Notes under the pieces: generated by a model | What the model saw: the letters and a program-made list of their open reading frames with translations, nothing else | What the model was told of the DNA's origin: nothing | Databases searched by the model: none | Position numbers and translations under genes: made by a program | Assembly: GCF_009914755.1 (NCBI RefSeq) | Contig: NC_060928.1 | DNA length: 64,000 nucleotides | Strand: one strand, 5' to 3' | Source: the human T2T-CHM13v2.0 reference genome, Homo sapiens | Shown: positions 1 through 16,683 of the stretch, one piece after another | Numbering within the stretch: the stretch's first letter is position 1 | How the letters are laid out: each line of letters starts with the position of its first letter

Positions 1-182
1 CCCTGCAACCATCATGACCTCCATCTCCAATCCAGTCGTGTGCTCATCATCAATAGGAACACCACCTCCAGATGCCATGGAGCACACCACGGCCACCCCA
101 TTGGGACCACAGGCCCTCAGGGCCTTCGCAGCCAGTGCTCCAGCTCCACGAAGTAACCTTGAAGCCATCATGCCCGCAACTT
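1..182 (-). pseudogene. COX5B: COX5B (cytochrome c oxidase subunit 5B) processed pseudogene, 5' part, truncated by the window edge
   Basis: Minus-strand ATG at 168 gives MASRLLRGAGALAAKALRACGPNGVAVVCSMASGGGVPIDDEHTTGLEMEVMMVAG, matching the COX5B N-terminus (MASRLLRGAG...SMASGGGVPTDEEQATGLERE). It runs without an intron through MASGG-GVP, where I recall an intron in the parent gene. Several changes are CpG decay (Arg to Cys). I cannot assign the COX5BP number. Confidence 0.92.
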
Positions 183-1589
183 GGGGAATGTCTGTGTAAT
201 GTTTTATTGTAGACTTCAACATATTTAAATAAAAATAGCCTAACTAACAAGGCTAACCTTGACTCCCACATACACACACATACTCAAAAGAGGCAGGAGC
301 AGCAGAAGAAAACCTTATAAAAGAAATCCCTGATTTCCTTCTATAATTGAATTATAACAAACTGGAATTTTGACCTTAACTTTTATAAATAAGTGTTAAT
401 TAAAATAGTGTGTTCTCTAAAGTTACTCCAGAGTTCAAAACAGCAAGGGTTGAATGTGATTATGTTTTCCAAGGCTATTTATGAAAATGAGCGTTCTGAC
501 ATCTAAGCCTGCAGTTGTGATTGAGTACAATGCATGCAGGATTTTAATGGAAACCAAAAGAGAATTTAAGTGGCCTCTCCCAGCAAATACGACGCATTTT
601 CCCCACCCGTGATAGTACTCACATCGAGAAAGGGGTCCGCATTTATGATCCCTCTGCTATTTTTAGCTGAATTAGGAAATGATTCAGGTTGCTCTACCAA
701 CATCAGAGAATTCAATTTAAACCTCAAGATGAAACAGAAAAGGGAGCGCTCTTAAATATGGGCTTTGGTCTAAGCTCCCTTAATTGAACACTGCAGGGTA
801 ATGTAATGGGATCACTCTGTAAATGGGGTGATTAGCAACCCAATAACTCATGGAAGTAATAACCTGTTTGGAAGTGTCATCCCATGCTCAGAGACTGGCA
901 CAAAGGACACCTCTGAGCTGATATGACATTAATAAAGTCTCCCACATCACATCCATGTGTTGCTCGTTTTTTGGAATGACACAAGAAGAAGTGGCTAAAA
1001 TGGAAAGTTCAGAAACAAGAGTGTTTGTCACTTCACAATTTGCAGGATGCTAACAATGCAGTCAAGACTGACTACACAGCATTGACAGAAGATACTCCTC
1101 TGATTTGGGAGTTGTTTTTCAATCAAATCTTCTTTAAAAGAAATCATGAAGACAGTTTAAATTCAAAAGGCCTATGACACCCCAAAATGCAATTCTTTTA
1201 GAATGTAGGACCACCACCTGCTCATCCACACTAGGGAAAGGGAAAGTATCTGACTTCCCAACAGAAATGTAAGGAGTCCTTCCTTTTAGAGGAATATCTG
1301 TACAAATGCATAGGACAAAACTCCTCTCTGGTCACTCTGGGCTGCTGTCAGGCCCTTCTAGATTCTCTTTTTCCAATTTTATTCTCTTCTCACATCTGGG
1401 GTAACTGGACAGCTGTGGGCCCAATCCTGTCTGTGGGGGATGAGTGGAGAGTTATAATCCAGGGGGCCATGGTGGGTCAGCATCAGTTGCTGCCAGACAT
1501 CTGTTGTTATTGTTTGCCCTGCATCCATCCCCTTCTTTCTGGTAATAGCACTGTATCACTGCAGTAGTCAAGAACTCAGCAGGAAACAC

Positions 1590-1900
1590 GTGGCTCTCTG
1601 GAGAGAGTTTAATCAAGCATAGTTGTACAGAGGTGCAGACAGGCTTAATGAAACCAATAAGAGATGGGGAGGCACCCCAGGCTAACAATAGTAGGAAGTG
1701 ATTATCATCGCTAACCCCACACAGGCAATCTCTGAGAGAGCTTTAGCCACAGGAGAAAGTACTGCAGGGGCACAGTGGCTGCCAGCATGCAGCCCAGCAG
1801 GCGTGAAGCTGTAGGATTCTCTCCTGTCACCCTCCTATCACTTGCTGCCAGTGCCCATTGGCCAAACCAAAGTGGAAGGCAGAGGACAAGGGAGTTACGG
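1590..1900 (-). mobile_element. ERVL solo LTR fragment (LTR33-like)
   Basis: GAAACCAATAAGAGATGGGGAGGCACCCCAGGCTAACAATAGTAGGAAG resembles the reverse complement of LTR33-family sequence; highly diverged. Confidence 0.4.
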
Positions 1901-4799
1901 TCTGTAGTTCATCTATTAATGGACACTTGTGTTGCTTCCAAAACCTACTGTTCTTAACCACCACAGTTAACTCATCTCCCAGATGCCTTTCTGCCTGCTG
2001 TCTACATTTACACCCTCTTCCAGGACTGCCTCATGACTCTTTCTTCCCACTGCTAGCTAGTGCCTCCATCTGGCCCACCCTTAGCACCTGTCCAGTCTTG
2101 GGGTGGGGACAGGAGGGATTTAGTTCTAGGCTTCAGTTTCTCCCTGTCTTCCCTGGTTGCCTTCACTCCTGCATGCCAGCCCTATCATGAACCACGTTAG
2201 CAACAAAGAGCAGGGTTTCTAAGGAGTGGTACTCCAAGCATACAAATTACTTAGGAGATGAATCCTTCTATCTCTTTTGAACATCCCTCTCAGGCATGTC
2301 ACCGAAGCTGGGAAGCTCCTAGTTCTATTAATAACTTTACAGTACAGAGGGGAAGAAGGAGCTGTGCTCAAAATAAAACAATGAACTCAGTGCATGAACA
2401 AGTCCAAGACAAATGACTGTAATGTATTCTGGATTCATATGTCTCTAAGGCTAATTAATGTAGGAAAGTCTAATACTGAGCGTTCTCTGAAAACACAATG
2501 CCACAAAGAAAGTGTTAATAAAGGCCAGATATTTTCACATGATAAACTCCAAATCAAGGGTTATGTCTTAGAGGTCTCTACCACTCTCTGAAGATAAACA
2601 ATAGGCATTTATTTATTCATTCCACAAATGTTTTCAAGTTTTTACTCTAAAATAGGTAACAGATAAATGCAGGGGATACAATGGTGAGCCAGGCAGATAC
2701 AGCTCTGTCCTCAGAAAGCCAACTAAGCCAGCTATGACTATAGTGTGATGGGCCTATTGATGTCTGTAACGAAGCAGTTGTGAAACTAAGAAAAATCCAG
2801 ATGGAGGAGCTTCTTTTCCAGCTTACAAGTACTTTTTAGCTAGAGAAAAAGACATGAGTCCTGAGAGGCAGACATTTTATTTGCCACCACAGAAATAGAA
2901 AGATGATTAAAATTGCTTAAAAAGCATTTAGAATACAATCCCACCACATCCCACTCCCCATCTTACATCCTTAAAAGAACTTCATTTTTTTTTATCTCTC
3001 TCTCTTTTGGTTGAGATCTTGTCCTCCTTTGCACCTCCTTCCAATAATACATGAAGAATGACACAGCCCTGAAGTGTCAGAAATGGTGACACAGAAGTCC
3101 CATGAGGGCATTTCCTCTTCTCTCCTCTTTCTAGAGTTCAAAGGAAACCAAAACACACACATGCACACAGAGAACTCTCAAAGCCAATCAGTCTGAAGGT
3201 CTACACGTTCATTTACACTCCATGCATCCCCACATTCTTACAAGTAACCGTGGAACCTGATATATGCCAGTTGCTGTTGGGGACCCAGTGCTGGACAGGG
3301 TCAGTATGAGTACTGTAGATCTTCATGTGCAATGAAGCCATCACTAAGCCCTTTCTGAGCCCCACGTATGTAAAGTATACCCCCTCCAGAGTCTGAAAAA
3401 TCTTCGGTTTGTTTTTTCACACTGGACTGTGGTTTGATTTTTATACTTAATTACTTAATCTATTTGGTATTTATTTTACTAGATTCCCCCATCCCCCCAC
3501 CCCCAAAATGCTAACTGGACATCCTAACAATCTGTATAGAAAAACTCTGACCTTTGCCTCTGTTTTGTGTTATCTCTGGAATAATATAATTATTTTTTAT
3601 GTGAAGGGACCATGATTTAAAAAAAAAAAAAAAACTTCTCAATGCCTTTTCTTTCACTGTAATCCAGCTTCTTGCCCTGCGGTGTTTGGGAAGGGAGGGA
3701 AAGCATATTAAAGCTTTTTTCCACCATTACCTCAAGTGAAGACTCATATCAAAATGAGATTGTTTACAGGCATTTTTTACATTTGCACTATAGTATAATA
3801 CAAAACATGCACACATACATAAAACAACAAAGGAAAAATATATTTTTTAATTTGTGAATGAGTACTAAAATATTTTAATAATTGTAGCTTTTTAAAGGCT
3901 AAATAAAGTAGCCTCTCACAATATACTTTTTCAGAATTTCCTTTGTAAATTCTATTTATTTTTTCGGATAAATTATTCCCCATCCCAATCAGATTTTAAC
4001 TGCTATGGTATTAAGCCTATAAATCAATGCAATTTGGGGAAATCTCTACATGATCTAATCTTTCCATCTGGGAGATATTTACTTTTAATGAACTCGGACA
4101 ATTATGCTTCCCAAAGTTGCCCTTCAATTCCAGAATCCCTGACCACCGCCATCCTGACCTGTCTCCATGAATAGCATCCTCACAAACACACTGCACAATG
4201 ACAGAGCCTCAGCATAAAAATGTGCCCCTCAAGTCCTCTTGATCACTGACCAACATGTATTAAGACTCTACATAAAGTTTGCCACTGAAAATACAGTTCT
4301 GCCCTCAAGAGCCTTATAATTTAGTTGAATAGGTATGTAATATGCCCAGAATGAAAAATAACCATAAAAGGTAGCATTTATTAAATATCAATGTGCCATA
4401 CCTATAGGAAGTAGTAAAGTGATGAGGACTGGGACCATTGATTAGAAAAAGATGCAAGTGTGAGTAGGACTTGAAGAAGCCTCAAACAGTAGAGTCCTGT
4501 TTAGGAAGGAAAAGATAAAGAGTCCAACACAATGTCGGACACAAAGGTAGTCAATAACTGCTAAATAAACAAGGAGGGGCTTGCCAGGCAGAGACAATGC
4601 CATGGACAAAGGCACAGTGGGAAGAATAAATGCATACGGTGTCCCTAGGGAATAACAAGTTGACCAATTTCTCCAAAGGTTATGGAAAACTGGCAGAAGA
4701 GGTGGACGAACTAGGCTAGTTTCAAACTGGTGAGGGCTCATAGGATATACTGTCATCTAAATATTCTATTAGAGACTCACAATTCTCTGGATTTGTTGT

Positions 4800-5360
4800 T
4801 AGTGTTCAATTCAATTCCATAAGCACTTACTGAACCCTACACACACCAGGCATTGTACACTCAGGATGTCAAAATGGGTAAAACATTCTCTCTGCACTCA
4901 AGGATCTTCTAGCTGAACAGTCAAACATATAAGCAAATAGTTAAACATATAAGCAAACAGTCATCAGTCAGTGTGGCAGGTATTACAACAGAAATGCAAC
5001 CGCATAGAATATGGGAGCACAAAGGGAGAAGGTGCAGGAAGGCTCCTGGGAGGTGGCAGTACAAGGCTGAATTTTGGAGGATGAACAGGAGTTGTTAAGC
5101 ACCAGGGAGGTGGACGGGTCTCCCAGGAAGACATAATGAAAAGCCATGAGAGAAGATGAGTCCCAGGACTGCACATGGTTAAGTAGCCCATGAGGGTCAG
5201 TGGTTGGGTACATATGACCAGAGAAATAGGTAGGGGTCTGGCTACTATTCAGAGGAGCCACTGAAGACTTTAACTTGGAAGGAATGACACAATCAGATTT
5301 GTTTTTGGAAAGAAAACTCTAGCAGGATTAAAGAGGTCTGAAGGAGGAGTTAGAAGAATC
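4800..5360 (-). mobile_element. LINE-2 3' fragment
   Basis: TTCAATTCAATTCCATAAGCACTTACTGAACCCTAC...CCAGGCATTG and GACACAATCAGATTTGTTTTTGGAAAGAAAACTCTAGCAG are typical antisense L2 motifs. Confidence 0.55.
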
Positions 5361-6269
5361 TGTAGTGTTTTAGTCATATTGCTTTTTTTATTGCCAGCAA
5401 TAGTAGCAATGTGGGGTTTCACCCTACTCCCAGCACTGACACTAACAGTAATGCACCTTGGAAAAGTCATTTCTCCTCTGTGGCTCTAAGTTTCCTCACT
5501 GCAAAATGAAGACACTGTGCTAGATGACCTCTAAGCTCCAGATGACAATAATTCTTCAGGCCTTCTTATTTATCCTCAAGGAAAAACTGAGTATGTAGAA
5601 AGGCAGGTGGAGTTTCAATCTTTACTTGGATTTCCATTGAAGGTAAACAATTTAAATGAACATGCTATCAAATTTATCAAAGATTTTATTCTTTTAACTT
5701 TTATCTAAGTTGTAGAGAGGCTTAAAAGTCCCAGAAAATTGTGCTTTATGTACCGCATATGCTTGCATAGACTTTAAATTAAACTGCATTTATGAAAACG
5801 CTGTGAGCTTTTCGGATTAAATACTATATTTCAGTCCTAAGAATTATGCCAAGTGCACAGAGCGCACCCAGAGGAACATTCACACTCTCTGATTGCTTAT
5901 GCAACCTCCCAGTCCTAGCTCAGCCCAGTTTTATTAAAATTTCTATTAGTGCAGCTCAGTTATGATTAAATATTCTTCATACTTTTTCAAGAAGAAAAGA
6001 ATGCAGCTAACTCTTGATAGCTTGTGTCAACTGGGGACATGGATCACAGGGATAAATTAAATCCATAAATAATCCAGAACCTTAATTTAAGCCAAGAGCT
6101 TCAATCTCCTTCCTCAACCAACCTTTTCTAAGAGCTGTTAACAAAGTATTCAAATCACTTTAAATAAGACTCCTTTGTACAGGGTCAGCTCTAGGTGAAA
6201 TTGGGAGATGGCTACTTGCTACCCTCCATCCCCAGGACCCCCACTGCCTACTTGCTCTGTATCCCATTC

Positions 6270-7210
6270 ATAATGATCTTCTAAGTGTCAACTTGCAGTT
6301 TTCTTCTTATTTTACCATTTTGCAGCTTGTGACACCGTTAACCACTCCTAGTTTCCTGAATGTCTACCCTTGGCCTCCACGGCTACTCTCCCCTGGGTCT
6401 CTTCCTACCTTGTCAATCATGCTATTTTGGTCCATCTCTTACGTCAGTTCTCCCCTCCCCACCCTGCTACCGTTTGTGTTTTCTCTGCATGGTCTTCCTG
6501 GGAGATATCATTCACACCCATGGTGATACCATATAAATATAGCCTGTATGACCTCTTTTTAAACATATATTAAATGCTCAGCAAATATCTGTGAAGTTGA
6601 ATTGAACAACAACAAAAAACTGGTTATGTGCTTCTAATATGAAATTTAAGTAAGACTGTACAGGGAATGTGTCTCTGCCTAGTTCATCTCTCCCATGTCT
6701 CTCTCTCACACACCTTTCCTCCATTACTGCATGAATTCCTGTCCACCTTCTGCTGCCCCATGATCAATAAGCAGCCTCCACTCTAACTTTGCAGACCACA
6801 TCTCAGCAGAAGCCCGGCTCCCACCTACTTCATGCGCCAGACACAGCAGTTGTCTGATAGGCTGTGGCTTATAGGTCCAATGTAAGCTTTACTAACTTCT
6901 TCATCCCCTTCTCAATCCCAATTCACCTTCCAAAACCCACTTCCAGTGTCAAGACTCCTGTGAAGTATTATCCAGCTCTCTCTTTCTAGTCAAGCAGAAT
7001 TGTTCAACCTCCACTAGACTCTGAAAATGCACTTTAGCTAAACCAATCTGTAATAGCATTGAGCAAATTGAAAAATAGTTGATGGTGAACTGGTCCATCT
7101 CCTGAACTAGACTGCAAACTCCCTAAAAGTGGGGACCATATTTTATTCCATTTTGTATCTTGTGACTAGCACAGAGCCCAACACATGGGGATCATAACAC
7201 TACATTTATG
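6270..7210 (+). mobile_element. LINE-2 fragments
   Basis: CTAGACTGCAAACTCCCTAAAAGTGGGGACCATATTTTATTCCATTTTGTATC...AGCACAGAGCC and TAAATGCTCAGCAAATATCTGTGAAGTTGAATTGAA resemble L2 3' ends; fragmented. Confidence 0.45.
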
Positions 7211-9169
7211 TAAAGGGTTTTGACTAGACAAAAAGAGTGGGTACTTATGGATCATGAAGGCAGGCTTTAAGTTGGGGCCTTTATCTTTCTTTTTTGCCTT
7301 TATTTCTTTTTTCTTTCACTTAATAACAAACACTGTTCAAAAAGCGTGGAAACTAATCCCATTTCTCATTCCACAACCAAATATATATTATACCAGTCTA
7401 AACAGGGATACTTGCAATTTAAAAAATAAGGTCATGGATAGCCTCTGTATTATTTATAAATGACTAAAATATAAGAAACACAAAGTTCCAAATATAACAC
7501 TGAACTCACCTATAGAGAAACATGCAGAAATTTCATAAAACATACGTTATATAAAGGTAAGATACCATTATTTTTCTACTTGATAGGTTGTCAATGCTGA
7601 ACACTGATTTGAAATTACAAAAACAAATGCTAGATGACTATCTTTGGTGCAGGCTCCTTACCCAAGGAGGGGATCCTTATGGTATGAACTGTCACCGAAA
7701 GCTGACTTCCCATTACTGGGACAACAATAGCTTGTGGAATCAACTACGTAAAAACAAGACAAAGAGAAGTGATCAGTGACAACATGACACAATACCAGTA
7801 TAAGTATGCTTGATAAGTTATGTCTGTGAGAATTTTTGTAAAACAAATCTGGTTTTCCAATTGACTCACATTTTGCCTTAAGAGAAGTTTATCTTTGTTT
7901 CTGATTGCTCTCCAATTGGCAGCCAATTAAAGTGGCTTCTAACTCTTTACATGTATATTCCTTTTCTCTTTAGTCACTTCAAAATAATTTGTGATGTGTA
8001 AATGTGTACTTTAATAACTGTATTTAAAAATTCTACAGTGAATCTTTTCCTTAAAACGCAAGATCCTTTGAAATATAAATATTGATTAGAGAATGCATCT
8101 ATTTAACAGACCTGGAGCAGTTATTATGTACTGCTAAGGTTTCCACTACAGATGCAAGAAAAAAAGTGTCCTCAAGCTTTCTGATTGTGACAGCCAAAAC
8201 TGAATGGAGGAATACGGAGAAGAAACAGAATTTTGCAACTCAAAAATAACCTTGTAAACAGTGAAGAGCCTGCTTTCCTCCAAAGAAGAATCTAAAATTT
8301 GAGTTTAAAACATTAGTTGGAGAATTTGAGTAGCAAAAAATAGACCCTATGTTTTCTCAAAATGTTAGAAGACATAAAGGCTATGGCCAGTATTTCCACG
8401 CTCTCACTATGTTAGTCCCTCCTTCCAACTCTCAGTATAATGGAAAGAAATACACAGAAAGCCTAGACTTTGAAAGTATCTAGTAAAAGCCACTCTGTTC
8501 TTTACAAGAGGTTCTTTTCCTAAGTCAGAGTAGACCTATTACTTCACAAGAAAGTCTTAGAGACCCAGAAGTAAAATGAATTCCTCTTACTGTGAAGTAT
8601 ATCCCTTCCACACTACCTACTCTGTTATAGAACTTCAAATTGGATTTCTCCAATCATAAGTCTCAGTGTCAAGAGACCTCCACTCCTACTCAAAAGGCAA
8701 TTTCTGAGAGTCTGATGTATGACTACCACTCCCTCCAAATTCTGTTTGTTAGTCTGTTCCAAAGGCCTAAAAGATGATTCTACTTTTCCTGGATTAAAAA
8801 TACTTTGACTTGGTTGTAGGGTCATAACTCTCCCTTATCCCCATCTAAGACCTAGGCTCTTAGAGGAATTGTAGCCACTAACCAGAAATTTCCCCAATTG
8901 TATATTTAAATGCTCCCTTTTCCCAGATATCCCACTTGGTACTTCTATGACATCACTGTAGACAGGTTATAAGTTTAATGATTCTACTGACTCTGTGAAG
9001 TGTTGATGTTCACTTCACTTTTAGGTATCATAGGGGCTGCTTCCACATACAAACACTTAAATGCTTAAACTGGAATTTCACTAACACATGTTGCTGAGTC
9101 AGAGACTTGTCTTTAAATACAAGCTCTACCACATTTCTGTTTATATGTCCTTAACTATGCTACATAGGC

Positions 9170-9493
9170 TTTTGTTTTGTTTTTTGTTTTTGTTTTTTGT
9201 TTTTGTTTTTGTTTTGAGATGGAGCCTCGCTCTGTCACCCAGGCTGGAGTGCAGTGGCGCAATCTCAGTTCACTGCAACCTCCACCTCCCGGGTTCAAGC
9301 AATTCTCTGCCTCAGCCTCCTGAGTAGCTGGGATTACAGGTGCCCACCACCACGCCCAGCTAATTTTTGTATTTTTAGTAGAAACGGGGTTTCACCATCT
9401 TGGCCAGGCTGGTCTTGAACTCCTGACCTCATGATCCACCCAACTTGGCCTCCCAAAGTGCTGGGATTGCAGGCATGAACCACCACTCCTGGC
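9170..9493 (-). mobile_element. Full-length AluS (Sx/Sq-like)
   Basis: Reverse-complement Alu dimer with a (TTTTTG)n-patterned tail; degenerate TSD TGCTACATA on both sides; inserted into a MIR. Confidence 0.95.
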
Positions 9494-9494
9494 T

Positions 9495-9640
9495 GCTACA
9501 TAAACTTTCTAAGCCTTGGTTTCTTTGGCTATGAAATGGGAGTACTAATAATAGCTACTTTAGAGGGTTTCCATAAGGTTAAATGAGAAAATGTCATAAA
9601 CCACTTAGGACAATTTCTGGCATAATAAAAACAGACAAGA
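9495..9640 (+). mobile_element. MIR, interrupted by the AluS
   Basis: AGCCTTGGTTTCTTTGGCTATGAAATGGGAGTACTAATAATAGCTAC...AAGGTTAAATGAGA matches the MIR core. Confidence 0.6.
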
Positions 9641-10754
9641 AAGTATAGTGTTACAGTGGTGATAGTAGTGGTGGTGGTGGCAGCAGTGGTTAGCTAAGGT
9701 GTAATTTTTCATGTGCCCTCGTGTTGTTTCTTCAACCAGTTCTTGAAGACACAAGGTTCCACAACCATAACTCATCCTAGGTTACCTTCATTTAAGAATA
9801 CATCAAAATACAGCAAGATGCTCTGATGTGGCTCAGTAGCTTGCTTTATGTGTGCTATGTCCAAAACGACAGAAATGCTGTCCCAAGACATTAGTTTATT
9901 TTGTATAATTTAATGTTGCATTGTGAAAACATCTTATACCTTTCTTTGTTCTGTATTTGATTTATCTGTTCCCTCCGCAACTGTCAATTAAATTTTCTAA
10001 ATTACTATCAATAGGCATATGAAAATCCACACAGCTTTACAGGGCACAGACCCATACAAGCATTTTGCAAGACTCTGGAGTACTTGGGCTGCCACTCCTG
10101 CCATGGCCAAACAAAAAGATTTGGGAGAGGTACATGCATCAGGGGCACAGAAACAAGAGAAGTAACCATGAAGGACCTTGCATTAGGTACAAGCTTCACT
10201 AGATACACAACTTATCTCCAGTAAGATAAAAAAGAACAAGGTTTTAGATAATTATTTTTGCAGCATATGCAACCGCCTGACACATTTCAAAAAAAGCCCT
10301 AAATTAACTGGAAGCATAAATGAATTCTCAAGAGAAAAATTATTTCATTTCTAAGAAAGTATTCACTAATTGGACAGGTAGCTGTGGTTTATTAATATGG
10401 TGAGTATTTGGAAGCCGTCTCCTTTTCACACAATTTTGACACATTACTTTGGGGGTTTTTGTTTGTTTGCTTGTTTTTGTGGTTTTTTTTGGTTTTGGTT
10501 TTTGTTTTTTTGTTTGTTTGTTTTTGCTTCATACTTACCTATGACCTCAATACAAGTTTCATTGTGTGATGCTAAACTCTTCCAATGGCACCAAAATGTT
10601 ACAATGCTACTCGACAATCATATAGATATATTTTCACCAAAAGTAGAGCATTGTGTAACCACTAATGAATTTACTGTATTTATGGAAGAAAAGCCTACTG
10701 ATTACTACCCATAGTTGAACAGAAACTTCCTACTTTGGTAAACTAATACTTACT

Positions 10755-11513
10755 TTCAGAATTGTTTCTGACTGATTGTTACTACAGTGGCAAAAGTGAG
10801 ATTGAGGTGGTCAAACAGTTTCCCCACCATTTTGGGTTCCCTGGCAGGAGACCTGCCCTGCCTCAACCAATGGAAAACATCATGAGTGCCTGAAAGGAGA
10901 AAAACTTCTGAGGACAGCCAGAGACCAAGACAGGGAGGTGGGACTAGCATCGCCAGCCCAGAAAATGCTGCTCTGTGTCTGGACCAAATGACACATCACA
11001 TCAGAGTGGCTGTTCAGCAGCACACTGTAGGGCATTCATTCAACGGATTCTCTGGGTATGAACACCTACCTATCCTTCCCACACTGTAGGGATATCACTT
11101 TTGGGACCTCCCCTATCCAGGACAGACAGGGGTCCAAAGTTTGCCAGAGCCAAAGCAAACCTGGGCAAAAGGCACCATCAAGTACTTAAAAGGTGGCAGT
11201 GACCTGGCAGAAATGATATTAAACAGATATGTTGCAAAGAAATCTCTAAGCAAACATAATGAATAAAAACAAAAACAAGCCATGTAGACAAGACTGAAAT
11301 AATTAATCCTTCAATGTAAAGACAAAGATGTACATTCACAAGGAACAATAGCAAATAGGGAAACATGACCTCACCAAAAAGAAAAAGCAAGGAATCAGTG
11401 ACCAACCCTAATGAGACAATGATAGGTGAGCTCTCTGATAAATAACTTCAAAATAGCAGTTTTAAGAAAACTCAGTGTTCTCCAAAACAGCAAAAAAGGC
11501 AACTCAGAAATTT
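10755..11513 (+). mobile_element. Old L1 (L1MA4-like): 5' UTR and ORF1 start, left part of the host element
   Basis: ORF1-like sequence (GGAAACATGACCTCACCAAA...TTCAAAATAGCAGTTTTAAGAAAACTCAGTG) that continues after the L1PA3 TSD at 17711; 5' boundary uncertain. Confidence 0.7.
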
Positions 11514-11756
11514 TTTTTTTTAGTTTCTATTTTTTTATTTATTTTATTATTATTATACTTTAAGTTTTAGGGTACATGTGCACAATGTGCAGGTTAGTTA
11601 CATATGTATACATGTGCCATGCTGGTGTGTTGCACCCATTAACTCGTCATTTAGCATTAGGTATATCTCCTAAAGCTATCCCTCCCCCCTCCCCCCACCC
11701 CACAACAGTCCCCAGAGTGTGATGTTCCCCTTCCTGTGTCCATGTGGTCTCCTTGT

Positions 11757-15601
<3,845 letters not shown>

Positions 15602-15664
15602 TATGATGTTAGCTGGTGATTTTGCTCGTTAGTTGATGCAGTTTCTTCCTACCATCAATGGTCT

Positions 15665-16683
15665 TTACAATTTGGCATGATTTTGCAGTGGCTGGTACTG
15701 GTTGTTCCTTTCCATGTTTAGTGCTTCCTTCAGGAGCTCTTTTAGGGCAGGCCTGGTGGTGACAAAATCTCTCAGCATTTGCTTATGTGTAAAGTATTGT
15801 ATTTCTCCTTCACTTATGAAGCTTAGTTTGGCTGGATATGAAATTCTGGGTTGAAAATTCTTTTCTTTAAGAATGTTGAATATTGGCCCCCACTCTCTTC
15901 TAGCTTGTAGAGTTTCTGCCGAGAGATCCGCTGTTAGTCTGATGGGCTTCCCTTTGTGGGTAACCCGACCTTTCTCTCTGGCTGCCCTTAACATTTTTTC
16001 CTTCATTTCAACCTTGGTGAATCTGACAATTATGTGTCTTGGAGTTGCTCTTCTCGAGGAATATCTTTGTGGTGTTCTCTGTATTTCCTGAATCTGAATG
16101 TTGGCCTGCCTTGCTAGATTGGGGAAGTTCTCCTGGATAATATCCTGCAGAGTGTCTTCCAACTTGGTTCCATTCTCCCCGTCACTTTCAGGTACACCAA
16201 TCAGACGTAGATTTGGTCTTGTCACATAGTCCCATATTTCTTGGAGGCTTTGTTTGTTTCTTTTTATATTTTTTTTTCTCTAAACTTCCCTTCTCGCTTC
16301 ATTTCATTCATTTCATCTTCCATCACTGATACCCTTTCTTCCAGTTGATCGCATCGGCTCCTGAGGCTTCTGCATTCTTCACTTTGTTCTCGAGCCTTGG
16401 CTTTCAGCTCCATCAGCTCCTTTAAGCACTTCTCTGTATTGGTTATTCTAGTTATACATTCGTCTAAATTTTTTTCAAAGTTTTCCACTTATTTGCCTTT
16501 GGTTTGAATTTCCTCCTGTAGCTCGGAGTAGTTTGATCGTCTGAAGCCTTCTTCTCTCAACTCGTCAAAGTCATTCTCCGTCCAGCTTTGTTCCGTTGCT
16601 GGTGAGGTGCTGCGTTCCTTTAGAGGAGGAGAGGTGCTCTGCTTTTCAGAGTTTCCGGTTTTTCTGCTCTGTTTTTTCCCCAT
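15665..16683 (-). pseudogene. L1 ORF1p, disrupted
   Basis: Starts MGKKQSRKTGNS, nonsense codon at 16489-16491, frameshift in the A-run near 16264-16277, C-terminus ...QPLQNHAKL. Confidence 0.95.

Noticed and set aside
14-277. ORFs 14-199 (+) and 50-277 (-)
   Set aside because: Antisense and off-frame shadows of the COX5B pseudogene; the meaningful frame starts at 168 on the minus strand.
4919-4963. 20-bp tandem duplication around AAACATATAAGCAAA
   Set aside because: Ordinary slippage duplication within an L2 remnant.
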